Positions 24,980-34,139 are shown, counted from the stretch's first letter. The stretch is 36,382 nucleotides of DNA from a virus (IMGVR_UViG_3300043391_000280:1-36382), one strand, 5' to 3'. Notes: a model not told the origin generated them from the sequence alone. Numbers and translations are program-made.

Positions 24980-25564
24980 TCACGCCATGCGGTACGTGAC
25001 GAACGTATTCGCAGCCGTCTTGAGCGTGCGGAAGCGGCCCGAAGTGCTGGCAGAAACTGCACCCGCCCCAACAACAGTATGGCCAGATGCAGCCGCCGTG
25101 ACGGTAAATGCGTTCGAACCGCCAGTGTTGATGACAGACCAATCCACGTAGTCACCAACCACGAATGAACCGGCAGCTTCCATAATAGCGCCAGTATCAA
25201 GCGTGGCCGTCACCGCAGCCGCAGTGGTCGAGGTGACGATACCGCCGAACACAAGAGCAGCAGTCAGCGTACCGGTTGCGTTCAGAGTGCCTGGAGTGGG
25301 CTGGAACGGAAACTCCGGCACAATCGCCGCCGTACCAATTGAGTAGAACGTAGAGGCGCGATCACCACCCATAATCTCAACGGTAGTGGCGACCGAGGCC
25401 GACAGAACCGCCGAGGTGAACGAGCCTGCACCAGCATAGAGAATGGTGCGAACGTTGTTGACGATCTGGTTGACCTGATAGAACGAGGTCGAATATGCGG
25501 CGATGCGGGCGTTAGCGGGAACGCTGACAACCGAGGCCGCAAGGACAGGAAGCGAAGCAGACAT
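24980..25564 (-). CDS. capsid decoration/minor head protein
   Basis: Follows coat; Ala/Thr/Val-rich; ends FRTLKTAANTFVTYRMA. Confidence 0.7.
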   Translation of the reverse strand: MSASLPVLAASVVSVPANARIAAYSTSFYQVNQIVNNVRTILYAGAGSFTSAVLSASVATTVEIMGGDRASTFYSIGTAAIVPEFPFQPTPGTLNATGTLTAALVFGGIVTSTTAAAVTATLDTGAIMEAAGSFVVGDYVDWSVINTGGSNAFTVTAAASGHTVVGAGAVSASTSGRFRTLKTAANTFVTYRMA

Positions 25565-25578
25565 TGCATTGGTCCTTT

Positions 25579-25608
25579 CAAAGGGCGGGAGCCGAAGCCC
25601 CCGCCTCT
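25579..25608 (-). terminator. hairpin with cUUCGg loop after coat gene (weak terminator or stabiliser)
   Basis: GGCGGGGGC-TTCG-GCTCCCGCC-CTTT. Confidence 0.65.
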
Positions 25609-25611
25609 AGG

Positions 25612-26868
25612 TTACGGCTGGCCGAACAGAATTGCGCCATTCATTTCCGGTGCCAAGTTCACCACGCCATAGTACGTGTCGAACGTGAAACGGGTCATGA
25701 AGGTGGCGGTATCAAACCACTTGGTCATGACCAGTTCAAGGCCCTGGTCGGTCGTTCCGCGCATCACATCGGCACCCTGATCCGCAGGAACCGCATAGCG
25801 GCCCGGCAGAAGCTGGATGCTGTCCTTGTGCCAGAACGGGTTCACGTTGGCCGTGTTGCGGTTCAGGAAAGTGACAGTCGCGGTTGCCGAAGTCGCAGTG
25901 ATTTCGACGTTTTTGTACTGACGCTCGACATCGGTCGGGGCCGAGTTGGCACCAGTGATCGGCGGCGAGATCGTCATGGTCGTGCTGCTATCCACCGAGA
26001 TAACGCGGAAGGTCTTAAGCTGACCCGTCGCGGTCTTGGTGATCTGGTGGACACTTTCCACACCAGCAATCTGGAAAGCCGAACCAGCGGTAACGCCCGT
26101 TGTGCTCGAAACAGTGACCTGCTGCGTGCGGTTGTCCACGTTGTTGCCGTTAGCGTCCAGAGTGCGCGGAACGAAGCGAACCTGCGCGCCGTTGGTGGCA
26201 ATCGTGATCGACGGGTTGACACCACCAAGACGGAATGCGCCGTCCGAACGGTAGATGTCAAAGCCAGCGATGTTGCTGCCAAGGAGCGAACGCTCGAAAG
26301 CGTTATCCGACTTGGCATTGCCGAACGTGCGAGCCGTACCGACAAGGTTGCCAGCGATGCCATTCGCATCACGCGGCGACAGGAACAGGTAACGGTCGGT
26401 AGCCGGAACGCCCTGTTCATCCATCATCGCCTGAGCAAGCGCCACGTTGTCATAGGTGCCCGCAGCGCCAGTGATCGGAACGATAAGCGTGCCCTGCTGG
26501 GCAGCAACGTTGCGAACGCTGGTGTTGATGTCCGAAGCGATACGGACGCGAGAGCCCTTGCCGATGTTGCCTTCCTGAATTGCATCGCGCAGTTCGAGAG
26601 CGGTCATCGACCAAGTGACGTTGCGGTTGATGTTCAGGCGCGAAGGCACGGTGAGCTGGTTTACAACCTGCGGAGTAACCGGCGTACCGATGGTGCGCGA
26701 CTGCGAGTTCATGATGTACGGAACCGGACGCCAGATCGTGTCGTTGGCGCGTTCCATAAGCTGGCCGTCAGTGCCGAACACGGAGACGGTCTTGCTTTCG
26801 ACCATCAGGTCATTGAATGCTGCGAGTTCATCTTCAAAGAGAACGCGCTCTTCCTTGGAAAAAGGCAT
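25612..26868 (-). CDS. major capsid protein (P22 coat family)
   Basis: FSKEERVLFE...MERANDTIWRP...PEMNGAILFGQ; after scaffold. Confidence 0.92.
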   Translation of the reverse strand: MPFSKEERVLFEDELAAFNDLMVESKTVSVFGTDGQLMERANDTIWRPVPYIMNSQSRTIGTPVTPQVVNQLTVPSRLNINRNVTWSMTALELRDAIQEGNIGKGSRVRIASDINTSVRNVAAQQGTLIVPITGAAGTYDNVALAQAMMDEQGVPATDRYLFLSPRDANGIAGNLVGTARTFGNAKSDNAFERSLLGSNIAGFDIYRSDGAFRLGGVNPSITIATNGAQVRFVPRTLDANGNNVDNRTQQVTVSSTTGVTAGSAFQIAGVESVHQITKTATGQLKTFRVISVDSSTTMTISPPITGANSAPTDVERQYKNVEITATSATATVTFLNRNTANVNPFWHKDSIQLLPGRYAVPADQGADVMRGTTDQGLELVMTKWFDTATFMTRFTFDTYYGVVNLAPEMNGAILFGQP

Positions 26869-27022
26869 GGCTGCTATCCTTATGCTAGCCGAGAACGGAA
26901 AAGGGCATAAGCCCGGTTCAGAACTCGCCTATCAGGGTAAGGCGGCAACCACTGGACTGCGCATTTATAGCCGCGCGAAGGCTGATAGGGCGGATGATAT
27001 CACACAACCGCCCTATGTGCAA
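26869..27022 (-). promoter_or_regulatory. coat promoter and structured leader
   Basis: TTGCAC-N17-TATCAT; IR ATAGGGCGG/CCGCCCTAT at 26985-27016; competing arm at 26926-26935. Confidence 0.6.
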
Positions 27023-27844
27023 CTATGCCGCGCGTGAACGCTTGTAAGCCATGACCTTGGAATAATCGCCGGTCTTGGCGGCTTCCTCGCGCAACCTCTC
27101 CAGCGTGTTATCCGTGCTGACAACGCCAGTGCCAGACGGTACGCTAACAGAACGCTCTGGGCTTGATGCGGGCCTGCGAGTTGCTTTCACGCTCATCTCC
27201 AATCGAACGGCTTCCGCCACGAATTCGGCGTAATCCTTGATGCCTGCTAGCGCGGTTGCCTTTGCCGGGTTCTTGCCCAGCGCGTAGACGAGCGTAGGCG
27301 CATCCTTGGCCACCTTAATAAGCAGGCCCTGTTGCGTAGTGTCGAACGTGTCCTGCACAAAGGCTTCGGCATCATCGTAATCAGGGACCGGCAGCTTGGC
27401 CTTGGCATCGTTGTAGGATGATACCTTGGCTTCCCAAGCCTGGTTGGCCGCGCGCTGTGCTTCCTCTGCCTCGCGCTGCGATGCCTCGACCTTGGCCTTG
27501 TCCTGGTACCATGCCTCTAGCGCGCTCTCAAATGCGCCTTCATCATAGTCGCAGCCTTCAAGCGTAGGCTTTGCGCCAAGCTTAGGGGCATCAGGGGCGG
27601 GAGTGGTGGCGGCCTCTAGTTCCTTGACCCGGCGCTGAAGCTCGCGCTTCTCTTTTTCGCGCTCCCGGTCACGCTTGCGAAGTTCCTGCACCCATGCCGG
27701 GGCCTTGGCCACCTCGTCCTCAGATACCTCGCCGTCCGGCTCTTCGTCACCGATCTGGACGACTAGCGGGCCATCCTCTTCGACCGGCTGCGGTTCCGCT
27801 ACGGCTTCGACAATCTGTTCGATTACCTCTTGCTCTTCTGCCAT
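27023..27844 (-). CDS. scaffolding protein
   Basis: Acidic coiled coil, KPTLEGCDYDE, LVYALGKNP, LERLREEAAKTGDYSKV; between portal and coat. Confidence 0.87.
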   Translation of the reverse strand: MAEEQEVIEQIVEAVAEPQPVEEDGPLVVQIGDEEPDGEVSEDEVAKAPAWVQELRKRDREREKEKRELQRRVKELEAATTPAPDAPKLGAKPTLEGCDYDEGAFESALEAWYQDKAKVEASQREAEEAQRAANQAWEAKVSSYNDAKAKLPVPDYDDAEAFVQDTFDTTQQGLLIKVAKDAPTLVYALGKNPAKATALAGIKDYAEFVAEAVRLEMSVKATRRPASSPERSVSVPSGTGVVSTDNTLERLREEAAKTGDYSKVMAYKRSRAA

Positions 27845-27857
27845 GCTTTGCGCCCTC

Positions 27858-29894
27858 CTAAGCGCCTAATTGCGCACCAAGTTCCGCCATCGTCTTGGCG
27901 GTATCAGCACGCGCCTTGTCTGCATTTGCCGACGCAAGTTCTGTGTCAGCCTGCGCCTTGCCAGCCAGCGCCTGTTCCTTTTCAGCGGCTGCCGCGAGGT
28001 ACACCGCATTAGGATCGGGCTGCGGCGCTGCCTGCGCTGCCGCCTCTATTTGCGCGCGCTCTTCTTCGTTAGGCTCGATCACGCCCATGCCGACAAGCTG
28101 CTTGCGGTAGTAGTTGTTCACATCGCCCAAGCCTTCGCCTTCCACGTTCATGAGGATGAGCGAGGTAAGCACCTTGGCATCCTGCGGGTCTTGCGCCATC
28201 GGCAGAAGGCCAGACAGCGCCCGCACCATCGCATCACGGCGCGAGGTGAAGGACGGGCCAACGTCGGACACAACGTCCAAGTCTGCCGCGCCTAGATCGT
28301 TCTTGAGGACTTCCTTGCCGGTTTCATCGAGGACCGGCTTGGCAAGTTCCACGCTGGAAATATCGCCGCGCTCGCCTACGCTCTTCATCGTGCGGCCTTC
28401 CTCGACGTAAATCTCCTTGGCCATCGAAAGCCAAATCTCGCCGCAGCGCCTCATACTCTTGGCGAAGTTGCTCATGTAGATAAACGACTGCATATCAAGA
28501 CGCTGCTGGATCATCTCGACGGCCTTGCCGGAGATGTTGCTAACCATCTGTTCCGCGCCCTGGTTCATGCCGAGAATCTCGTTCATGTCCGCGCCGCATT
28601 GCGTAATCAGTGCCGCCAATGCCTGCGGAATGTCGGGGGCTTCAATGTAGCCAACCGGGCCAGCGGGGGCCATGCTGCCATCGGGCTGTATCATGGAGTT
28701 GACGCGCAAGAACGGCAGGTTCTTGATGTTCGCTTCGGACCATTCCTGCTGAAGCCCGGCAATCTGCTCGCTGGCAAAGATAGGCTTACGGGTAGGCGAG
28801 ATGGCCGCGATGTCAGCCAGTAGGCTAATCATCATGTTGTAGATACGCTGCGCATCCTTGGCCAAGCGGACAATGCCCATGCAGCGCTCGATGTTATCGA
28901 CAAACCACCGCTTGCCGTACACCGGAATGATCGGAATGTTCTTGCCCGCAATGTGGCCGCAATCCTCAAGGATGCGCGCGCCGTTCATGATGTACTTGCG
29001 GACCTTGCGGCGCTTGACCTTGCGCGCCTTAACCTCGATCACCCCCTTCCCAGCTAGATCGGCCAGAGCCGCGTCAATGGCGGATTGGTCGCTCTCCACA
29101 TCGTTACCGATGATCTTTTCGCCCATGTCGTCCAGTTCATCGTCGGTATACTTGACCGGCTGGCCTTCAGGATCAACGAAGGTGCGAACGTTCTCGCGCA
29201 CTTCCTCGACCTTGTAGTATTCCGCGATGTAGACGCCATCGGGCGTATTCCAGTCGAAATAGCTAGTATTGATGTCCTTGGGCCACGATGCAGGATCGTC
29301 GCCCCACTCTGTCTTGTAGGCCTCGCTGGCCATGAAGTAAACCACGAAGCAGTGCTTGGCATCCGCCTTGTCAGCGCGCTTGGCGTTCACGTCGAAGTAA
29401 ACGCTGGTGTCCGCATCGTAGATCGGCTCGATGCGGATGCGCTGCCGCTCGTTTTCGTCGTCGTACTCGTCCTCGTAATCAGCCCGCAGACGGAACGCAC
29501 CAAAGCCACCGCCTGCCGCTTCCTCGAATGCGTTATCGTAAGCCTCATCGGCTGCGCTGTCTTGTTCGTCTGCCCGGTAAAGCCCGTCGCACACATCGGC
29601 TAACGTGCTTTCTTTGCCATCGCGCGACACAAAGTCTACGCTGATACGGTTGTTGCGGTACTCGTTAATGACGCGCATCACCGCCTGGTGGACCTTGTTG
29701 TTCTCAAGCTTCGGGCGGTTCTCGAACTGCTCGGCTAGATCGCCTTCCCACTGCGCACCGACGATGGAGTAGAAACGCCGGTCGGCAACACACTGGCGGC
29801 GCTCCTCGCGGTTCGCCATCTGGGTTGCGTCAAACTCGGCGCGGGCCTGTGCCAGCACAATCGCATTGACTTCGGCTGTGGTTTTGCGCGCCAT
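27858..29894 (-). CDS. portal protein (P22-like)
   Basis: GAQWEG...NEYRNNRI...IPIIPVYG...VRLAKDAQR...DVGPSFTSRR. Confidence 0.93.
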   Translation of the reverse strand: MARKTTAEVNAIVLAQARAEFDATQMANREERRQCVADRRFYSIVGAQWEGDLAEQFENRPKLENNKVHQAVMRVINEYRNNRISVDFVSRDGKESTLADVCDGLYRADEQDSAADEAYDNAFEEAAGGGFGAFRLRADYEDEYDDENERQRIRIEPIYDADTSVYFDVNAKRADKADAKHCFVVYFMASEAYKTEWGDDPASWPKDINTSYFDWNTPDGVYIAEYYKVEEVRENVRTFVDPEGQPVKYTDDELDDMGEKIIGNDVESDQSAIDAALADLAGKGVIEVKARKVKRRKVRKYIMNGARILEDCGHIAGKNIPIIPVYGKRWFVDNIERCMGIVRLAKDAQRIYNMMISLLADIAAISPTRKPIFASEQIAGLQQEWSEANIKNLPFLRVNSMIQPDGSMAPAGPVGYIEAPDIPQALAALITQCGADMNEILGMNQGAEQMVSNISGKAVEMIQQRLDMQSFIYMSNFAKSMRRCGEIWLSMAKEIYVEEGRTMKSVGERGDISSVELAKPVLDETGKEVLKNDLGAADLDVVSDVGPSFTSRRDAMVRALSGLLPMAQDPQDAKVLTSLILMNVEGEGLGDVNNYYRKQLVGMGVIEPNEEERAQIEAAAQAAPQPDPNAVYLAAAAEKEQALAGKAQADTELASANADKARADTAKTMAELGAQLGA

Positions 29895-29936
29895 TAAAAC
29901 CTCTGAGCCTTGCGCCAATAGGGCAGCGGGCGAGTT

Positions 29937-29965
29937 ACCTTAACGCATGGCGCGGAAACCGTCAA
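29937..29965 (-). promoter_or_regulatory. sigma70-like promoter before portal
   Basis: TTGACG-N17-TAAGGT. Confidence 0.55.
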
Positions 29966-31200
29966 CGCCTGCCCCACTTGGTGACGATTGGCATGGGCGC
30001 GGCATCAGGCACGGCCCTAACCGCAAATGCACGGCGCACACCCTCGCAGGCATAGCGAAGCGCATCGATGCAGTGATTGTTCTTATCGGCCAACTTGGGC
30101 AGCACCATACCGGTGAGCGGGTCGATCTCGAAACTGTAGAGCGTAAGCTCGTCAATCACATGCTGACAGCGCGGATGCACGATGATGTCAAAGCTCTTGA
30201 GGAACTCCACGCCCTCTTCGACCGAACGCGCGCCTTTGACGGCCGACAGGATGCGGGGGAAGCCATGATTGCGAAGGTAGCTAATCGTTTCGGGGCGACT
30301 GCTGTCTGCCACCATGGGCCAGCTTTCCGCACCTGGCACCGTCATGAACAGATCAGGCAAGCGGTCAATCTCGCAGCCAATCTGCCAAGCCTCGTAATCG
30401 ATGTAGAGATTGCGCCCGTCAATGTAGCACCGCAGTAGGACGCTGGGATCGATGCTGAAGCCGAAGTCCGCACCCATACGGAATGTGACACCATCAGGCG
30501 CGGTGAAGTCCTCCACGCGCCAATTGCGGAACACACGGGCTTCACTGTTGCGCTGGTACTCGCCAAGCCAGATGTGCGCAAACTTGTCCGGATCGCGGCT
30601 GCGGTCGTATTCCAGTTCGGCCTTGAGAACGTCGGGGAGCCACGGATTGTCGCGGTAGTTGGACTGGACAACCAAAGCATCTGGCGGCGGGCTGTCACCG
30701 CGCAGCAGAACGTCCACAGGGTCGGTTGCCTGCGACGGGTTCCACGTAAACCAAAGCTCCGAACCGGGCTTGCGGATCGTCGGGCGGAGCAGGTCAAGGC
30801 TGCGCTGCGACAGGCTCTGCGCCTCCTCAACCCATGAAATGTCATAACCTTCCAGCGACTTGATGCTGTCTGCCGTGTGGTTCTGGAGGCCCTGAAAGAT
30901 AATCAAACCGCCATGCGGGCATTTGATTACGGTCTGCTGCACTTCAAACATGCGACCGACGCCCATAGCCTCGATCTTGACTTCCAAAAGCTTTTTAACC
31001 GACTGCGCCAAAGACTTTTGAACCTCGCGCACACACACCGCGTAGGTCTTTTGCATGATGCAGCGTTCAATAAGCATTTCTGCAAAGGCGTGAGACTTGC
31101 CCGATCCACGCCCACCGTAAATGCCCTTATATCGCGAGGGCTGAAGCAAGGGGACAGCCCAGCGCGGCGTGTCAATTACAAGCTCACCCTTCTGGCGCAT
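29962..31200 (-). CDS. terL: terminase large subunit (PBSX family)
   Basis: GGRGSGKS Walker A, WVEEAQ Walker B, GADFGF, NHCIDALRY. Confidence 0.95.
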   Translation of the reverse strand: MRQKGELVIDTPRWAVPLLQPSRYKGIYGGRGSGKSHAFAEMLIERCIMQKTYAVCVREVQKSLAQSVKKLLEVKIEAMGVGRMFEVQQTVIKCPHGGLIIFQGLQNHTADSIKSLEGYDISWVEEAQSLSQRSLDLLRPTIRKPGSELWFTWNPSQATDPVDVLLRGDSPPPDALVVQSNYRDNPWLPDVLKAELEYDRSRDPDKFAHIWLGEYQRNSEARVFRNWRVEDFTAPDGVTFRMGADFGFSIDPSVLLRCYIDGRNLYIDYEAWQIGCEIDRLPDLFMTVPGAESWPMVADSSRPETISYLRNHGFPRILSAVKGARSVEEGVEFLKSFDIIVHPRCQHVIDELTLYSFEIDPLTGMVLPKLADKNNHCIDALRYACEGVRRAFAVRAVPDAAPMPIVTKWGRR

Positions 31201-31543
31201 CAATCACCCGGCGAGTGATTAGGTTAACTGCAATGTCATCGCCATCCTTGCCGGTATGCTCGTTGCGGACGGTTTCCTTCCAGCCCATCTGCGTCTTGGC
31301 ATAGAAGATGGCTGCGGTCATGTTGCCGTTAAGCGCGGCCTTAACGATGGCACCGCCAACCTTAGCCTTGGCTTCCGCAGCGCCAGCGTCCAAGTCCTCG
31401 CGGCACCGTTCCGCCAAGGTGTCAACGCACTTACCGATCAGCGTAGCGATCTGCTCCTGGGTGATGCCGAGACCAGCATACATGCGAATGCGCTTGCGCT
31501 CTTCCTCGGTGGGATTCCAAGGCTGTGGCCCGCGCTTACCCAC
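31184..31543 (-). CDS. terS: terminase small subunit
   Basis: GTG start; GITQEQIATLIG HTH, AAIFYAKTQMGWKE, EHTGKDG; directly upstream of terL. Confidence 0.82.
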   Translation of the reverse strand: MGKRGPQPWNPTEEERKRIRMYAGLGITQEQIATLIGKCVDTLAERCREDLDAGAAEAKAKVGGAIVKAALNGNMTAAIFYAKTQMGWKETVRNEHTGKDGDDIAVNLITRRVIDAPEG

Positions 31544-32807
31544 CGACCAGTTCCCGCTCGGCCATCTGCGCGAAGGTCTTGCCGGTCTCTGCGTGCGTTG
31601 CCTCTTGCCCGGTGAAATCCTGCCAGCGCTTGATGGTGACATCGACATAGGCCGGGTTCAGTTCGATCGCGTGAATGGAGCGGCCGGTCATTTCCCCGGC
31701 AATGATGGTGGTGCCTGAGCCTGAAAACGGCTCATAGACCGCCTGGCCGGGGCTGGAATTGTTCTCGATCGGGCGCTTCATGCACTCAACCGGCTTCTGC
31801 GTGCTGTGGCCGGTTTCGTTCTCGTTCTTCTTGGGCTTGGGAATGTGCCAGATCGTAGTCTGCTTCCGGTCGCCGGCCCAGTGGCCCTTTGCGCCCTTTT
31901 TGACGGCGTACCAGCAAGACTCATGTTCCCAGTGGTAGTCGCCGCGCGAGAGCACGAACTGGCCCTTGTCCCAGATGATCTGGGAACGCACATGAAAGTC
32001 GCAGGCAGCCAAGCTTTCGCCAACAACACACGCAAATAGTCCGGCGTGCCAGACATAAGCCACATCGCCGGGGAACAGCGCCCAAGCCTCAGCCCAATCG
32101 GCGCGGTCGTCGTTCTCAACCTTCCCAATGGCTCGGCCATTGGAGGCCAAGCCATCCGACCGCATCGCCTTGTTCCGCCAGTCTGCATCATACTCCACCC
32201 CATAAGGCGGATCAGTCACCATCAAATGCGGCGTCACCCCGTTCAGGCACTTCGCCACGCAATCCGCGTCGGTGCTATCCCCGCACACGATCCGGTGCTT
32301 GCCCAGCAACCACACATCACCCAGCACGCTCACCGGGTCGGTGGGCACCTCGGGAATGTCGTCGGGATCGGTCAGGCCCTCGGTCTTGTCCGCAAGCAGC
32401 GCCGCAAGTTCGTCATCGCTGAACCCAAGCAGCGCCAGGTCGAACCCGTCAGCGCCAAGCCCCTCAATCTCGCTGGACAGCAAATCCATGTCCCAGCCAG
32501 CGTTAAGCGCCAGCTTGTTGTCGGCGATAACATAGGCGCGCTTCTGAGCGTCTGTCAGGCCGTTCAGCGGTATCGTCGGCACTTCGGTAAGGCCAAGCTT
32601 ACGAGCGGCCTGTAAGCGCCCGTGTCCGGCAATGATGCCATTACCGCCATCTGTCAGGATCGGGTTAGTGAATCCAAACTCGCGGATGGACGCTGCGATC
32701 TGCGCAACCTGTGCGTCGGAATGAGTGCGGCTGTTGCGTGCAAAAGGAATGAGCGCCGCAACTTCACGGATCTCGACTTTTATATTCCCGATAGTTTTAT
32801 CCGCCAT
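31536..32807 (-). CDS. ParB-N domain fused N4/N6 DNA methyltransferase
   Basis: NSRTHSDAQ...IIAGHGR...IADNKL; TDPPY, HSTQKP, EPFSGSGTT. Confidence 0.93.
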   Translation of the reverse strand: MADKTIGNIKVEIREVAALIPFARNSRTHSDAQVAQIAASIREFGFTNPILTDGGNGIIAGHGRLQAARKLGLTEVPTIPLNGLTDAQKRAYVIADNKLALNAGWDMDLLSSEIEGLGADGFDLALLGFSDDELAALLADKTEGLTDPDDIPEVPTDPVSVLGDVWLLGKHRIVCGDSTDADCVAKCLNGVTPHLMVTDPPYGVEYDADWRNKAMRSDGLASNGRAIGKVENDDRADWAEAWALFPGDVAYVWHAGLFACVVGESLAACDFHVRSQIIWDKGQFVLSRGDYHWEHESCWYAVKKGAKGHWAGDRKQTTIWHIPKPKKNENETGHSTQKPVECMKRPIENNSSPGQAVYEPFSGSGTTIIAGEMTGRSIHAIELNPAYVDVTIKRWQDFTGQEATHAETGKTFAQMAERELVGG

Positions 32808-32843
32808 GCGGTCAGCCTATCCTTTCGCGTGGTGTGTGGCAAG

Positions 32844-33071
32844 TCATGGAAGATCGTCAACAGTTTCATGGTTGTTGACGCCGATTGAACGCACAGGCGC
32901 TCCGCCACTGCTGCCCGTACGATGATCGAGCCGCCGGTATGCTTTTATTTTACCACAAATGTGGATGGCCTGTTTAAGCGTGCAACCCAGCCTTTCCGCA
33001 ATCTGCTTGTTTGTCATGCCTGCGCGTTTCATGCCAGCGGCGAGAGCTTTGGTTTCATCGTCCCATGTCAT
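32844..33071 (-). CDS. GcrA-like N-terminal HTH protein
   Basis: MTWDDE...AGMTNKQIAERLG...ICGK resembles the GcrA N-terminus. Confidence 0.6.
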   Translation of the reverse strand: MTWDDETKALAAGMKRAGMTNKQIAERLGCTLKQAIHICGKIKAYRRLDHRTGSSGGAPVRSIGVNNHETVDDLP

Positions 33072-33464
33072 GCCCCGTCATCCCCATCGCTGTCAAAACT
33101 CGGCATCATACGCGCTTCTTTCCATATACCGGCTCGCCCGGAAATGTGTCGGGACAAGCTGCAATTGCCGACCGGCCAAGATCCGTTAACTGCCATGCGC
33201 TGATTACCCCGCCGCTTTGAAAAGGCATTCCTTGCCCGACTTTACCCCATAGCGTGCGATCTACCCAACCAGCCTTTTCTAGGCTGGTCAGCGTTGCCCC
33301 GGTTGCCGTTCTTTCTAGACTGTCGTCGTTCTTGTTCTTGAGTTCCGACGCGAGGAATGGGCGGTGCTGCAAAGCCCGCGATTGCTTGAGGGCCTTGAGC
33401 CAGAACCATCGTGCGCGGGTGAGGTGTGGAATAGCGGTCATGCGCCATCGTCCCCATCGCTGTC
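33067..33464. repeat. 28-bp imperfect direct repeats (33067-33094, 33437-33464) encoding DSDGDDGA*
   Basis: 25/28 identity, all three differences synonymous; flank the 111-aa gene. Confidence 0.8.
33106..33441 (-). CDS. hypothetical protein, 111 aa (winged-helix-like)
   Basis: ATGA-coupled; TLTSLEKAGWV...WQLTDLGR. Confidence 0.7.
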   Translation of the reverse strand: MTAIPHLTRARWFWLKALKQSRALQHRPFLASELKNKNDDSLERTATGATLTSLEKAGWVDRTLWGKVGQGMPFQSGGVISAWQLTDLGRSAIAACPDTFPGEPVYGKKRV

Positions 33465-33719
33465 GGCTATGGTGTCGCGCGTAAAGTTGCGCGTCCAATC
33501 TTCCTTGCACCGTGCAGGAATGGGTTCCCCAAGGTAACGCGCTGGCAATTCCCCGCGCTCTAGCATTTCCAGAAGGATCGAGGCGGGGCCGCTGATGTTG
33601 CGCTCTCCGGTTGCCCAGCGATGCACCGTCGATCGATCGGCAATGCGAAGGATGCGGGCCATCTGTGCGATAGATAGCCCCTTGGCTTGGCGGATGCGGT
33701 TGAAGTCTGCGGGGATCAT
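33438..33719 (-). CDS. XRE-family HTH protein (cassette 2)
   Basis: MIPADFNRIRQAKGLSIAQMARIL...VHRWATGERNISGP. Confidence 0.85.
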   Translation of the reverse strand: MIPADFNRIRQAKGLSIAQMARILRIADRSTVHRWATGERNISGPASILLEMLERGELPARYLGEPIPARCKEDWTRNFTRDTIADSDGDDGA

Positions 33720-34009
33720 GCGGCCTCCTCTTCTTCATAAAAGCCAGCGTCCTCAAAAACCGTGTGGAACGGCTTGTCGGCAACGCCATGGGAAAAGATG
33801 CGACGGCAGGAAGCGCCGCGCGCTCCCATCGTGTGCACCCAGTGGTGGGCCAGATCGGCAGCATGAAGCTGGTCATCTGCGTGAAGGAGGAACCATTCCC
33901 CCTTGTTGCTCTCAACGGCAACCGCAAAGCGAATGCCCTGCGCGAGGAGAGCTTGGCAAGCCAGCGGAGTGGCTTCGATGAGGGCGGAAAAGAGAGAAGC
34001 GTGAAACAT
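33716..34009 (-). CDS. hypothetical protein, 97 aa (cassette 2 cargo)
   Basis: GGAGG RBS before ATG 34009; ATGA-coupled to HTH. Confidence 0.7.
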   Translation of the reverse strand: MFHASLFSALIEATPLACQALLAQGIRFAVAVESNKGEWFLLHADDQLHAADLAHHWVHTMGARGASCRRIFSHGVADKPFHTVFEDAGFYEEEEAA

Positions 34010-34052
34010 AAGAACCTCCGAAAAAGTGGGCAGTGCCCGTTGCGTTGAAACC

Positions 34053-34081
34053 ACCTTAGCGACTGCGTTGCGTATTGCAAC
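34053..34081 (-). promoter_or_regulatory. promoter with palindromic operator (cassette 2)
   Basis: TTGCAA-N16-TAAGGT; GTTGC-N5-GCAAC at 34067-34081. Confidence 0.6.
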
Positions 34082-34139
34082 AGCCATTTTGCATCAGGCA
34101 CACAAAACCCTTGTAACCTTGGCCCTGCCTTCAGCCTTG

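Noticed and set aside
25564-26910. 448-aa plus-strand ORF opposite coat (also 12712-13572, 17708-18598)
   Set aside because: Antisense shadows expected from GC-rich codon bias
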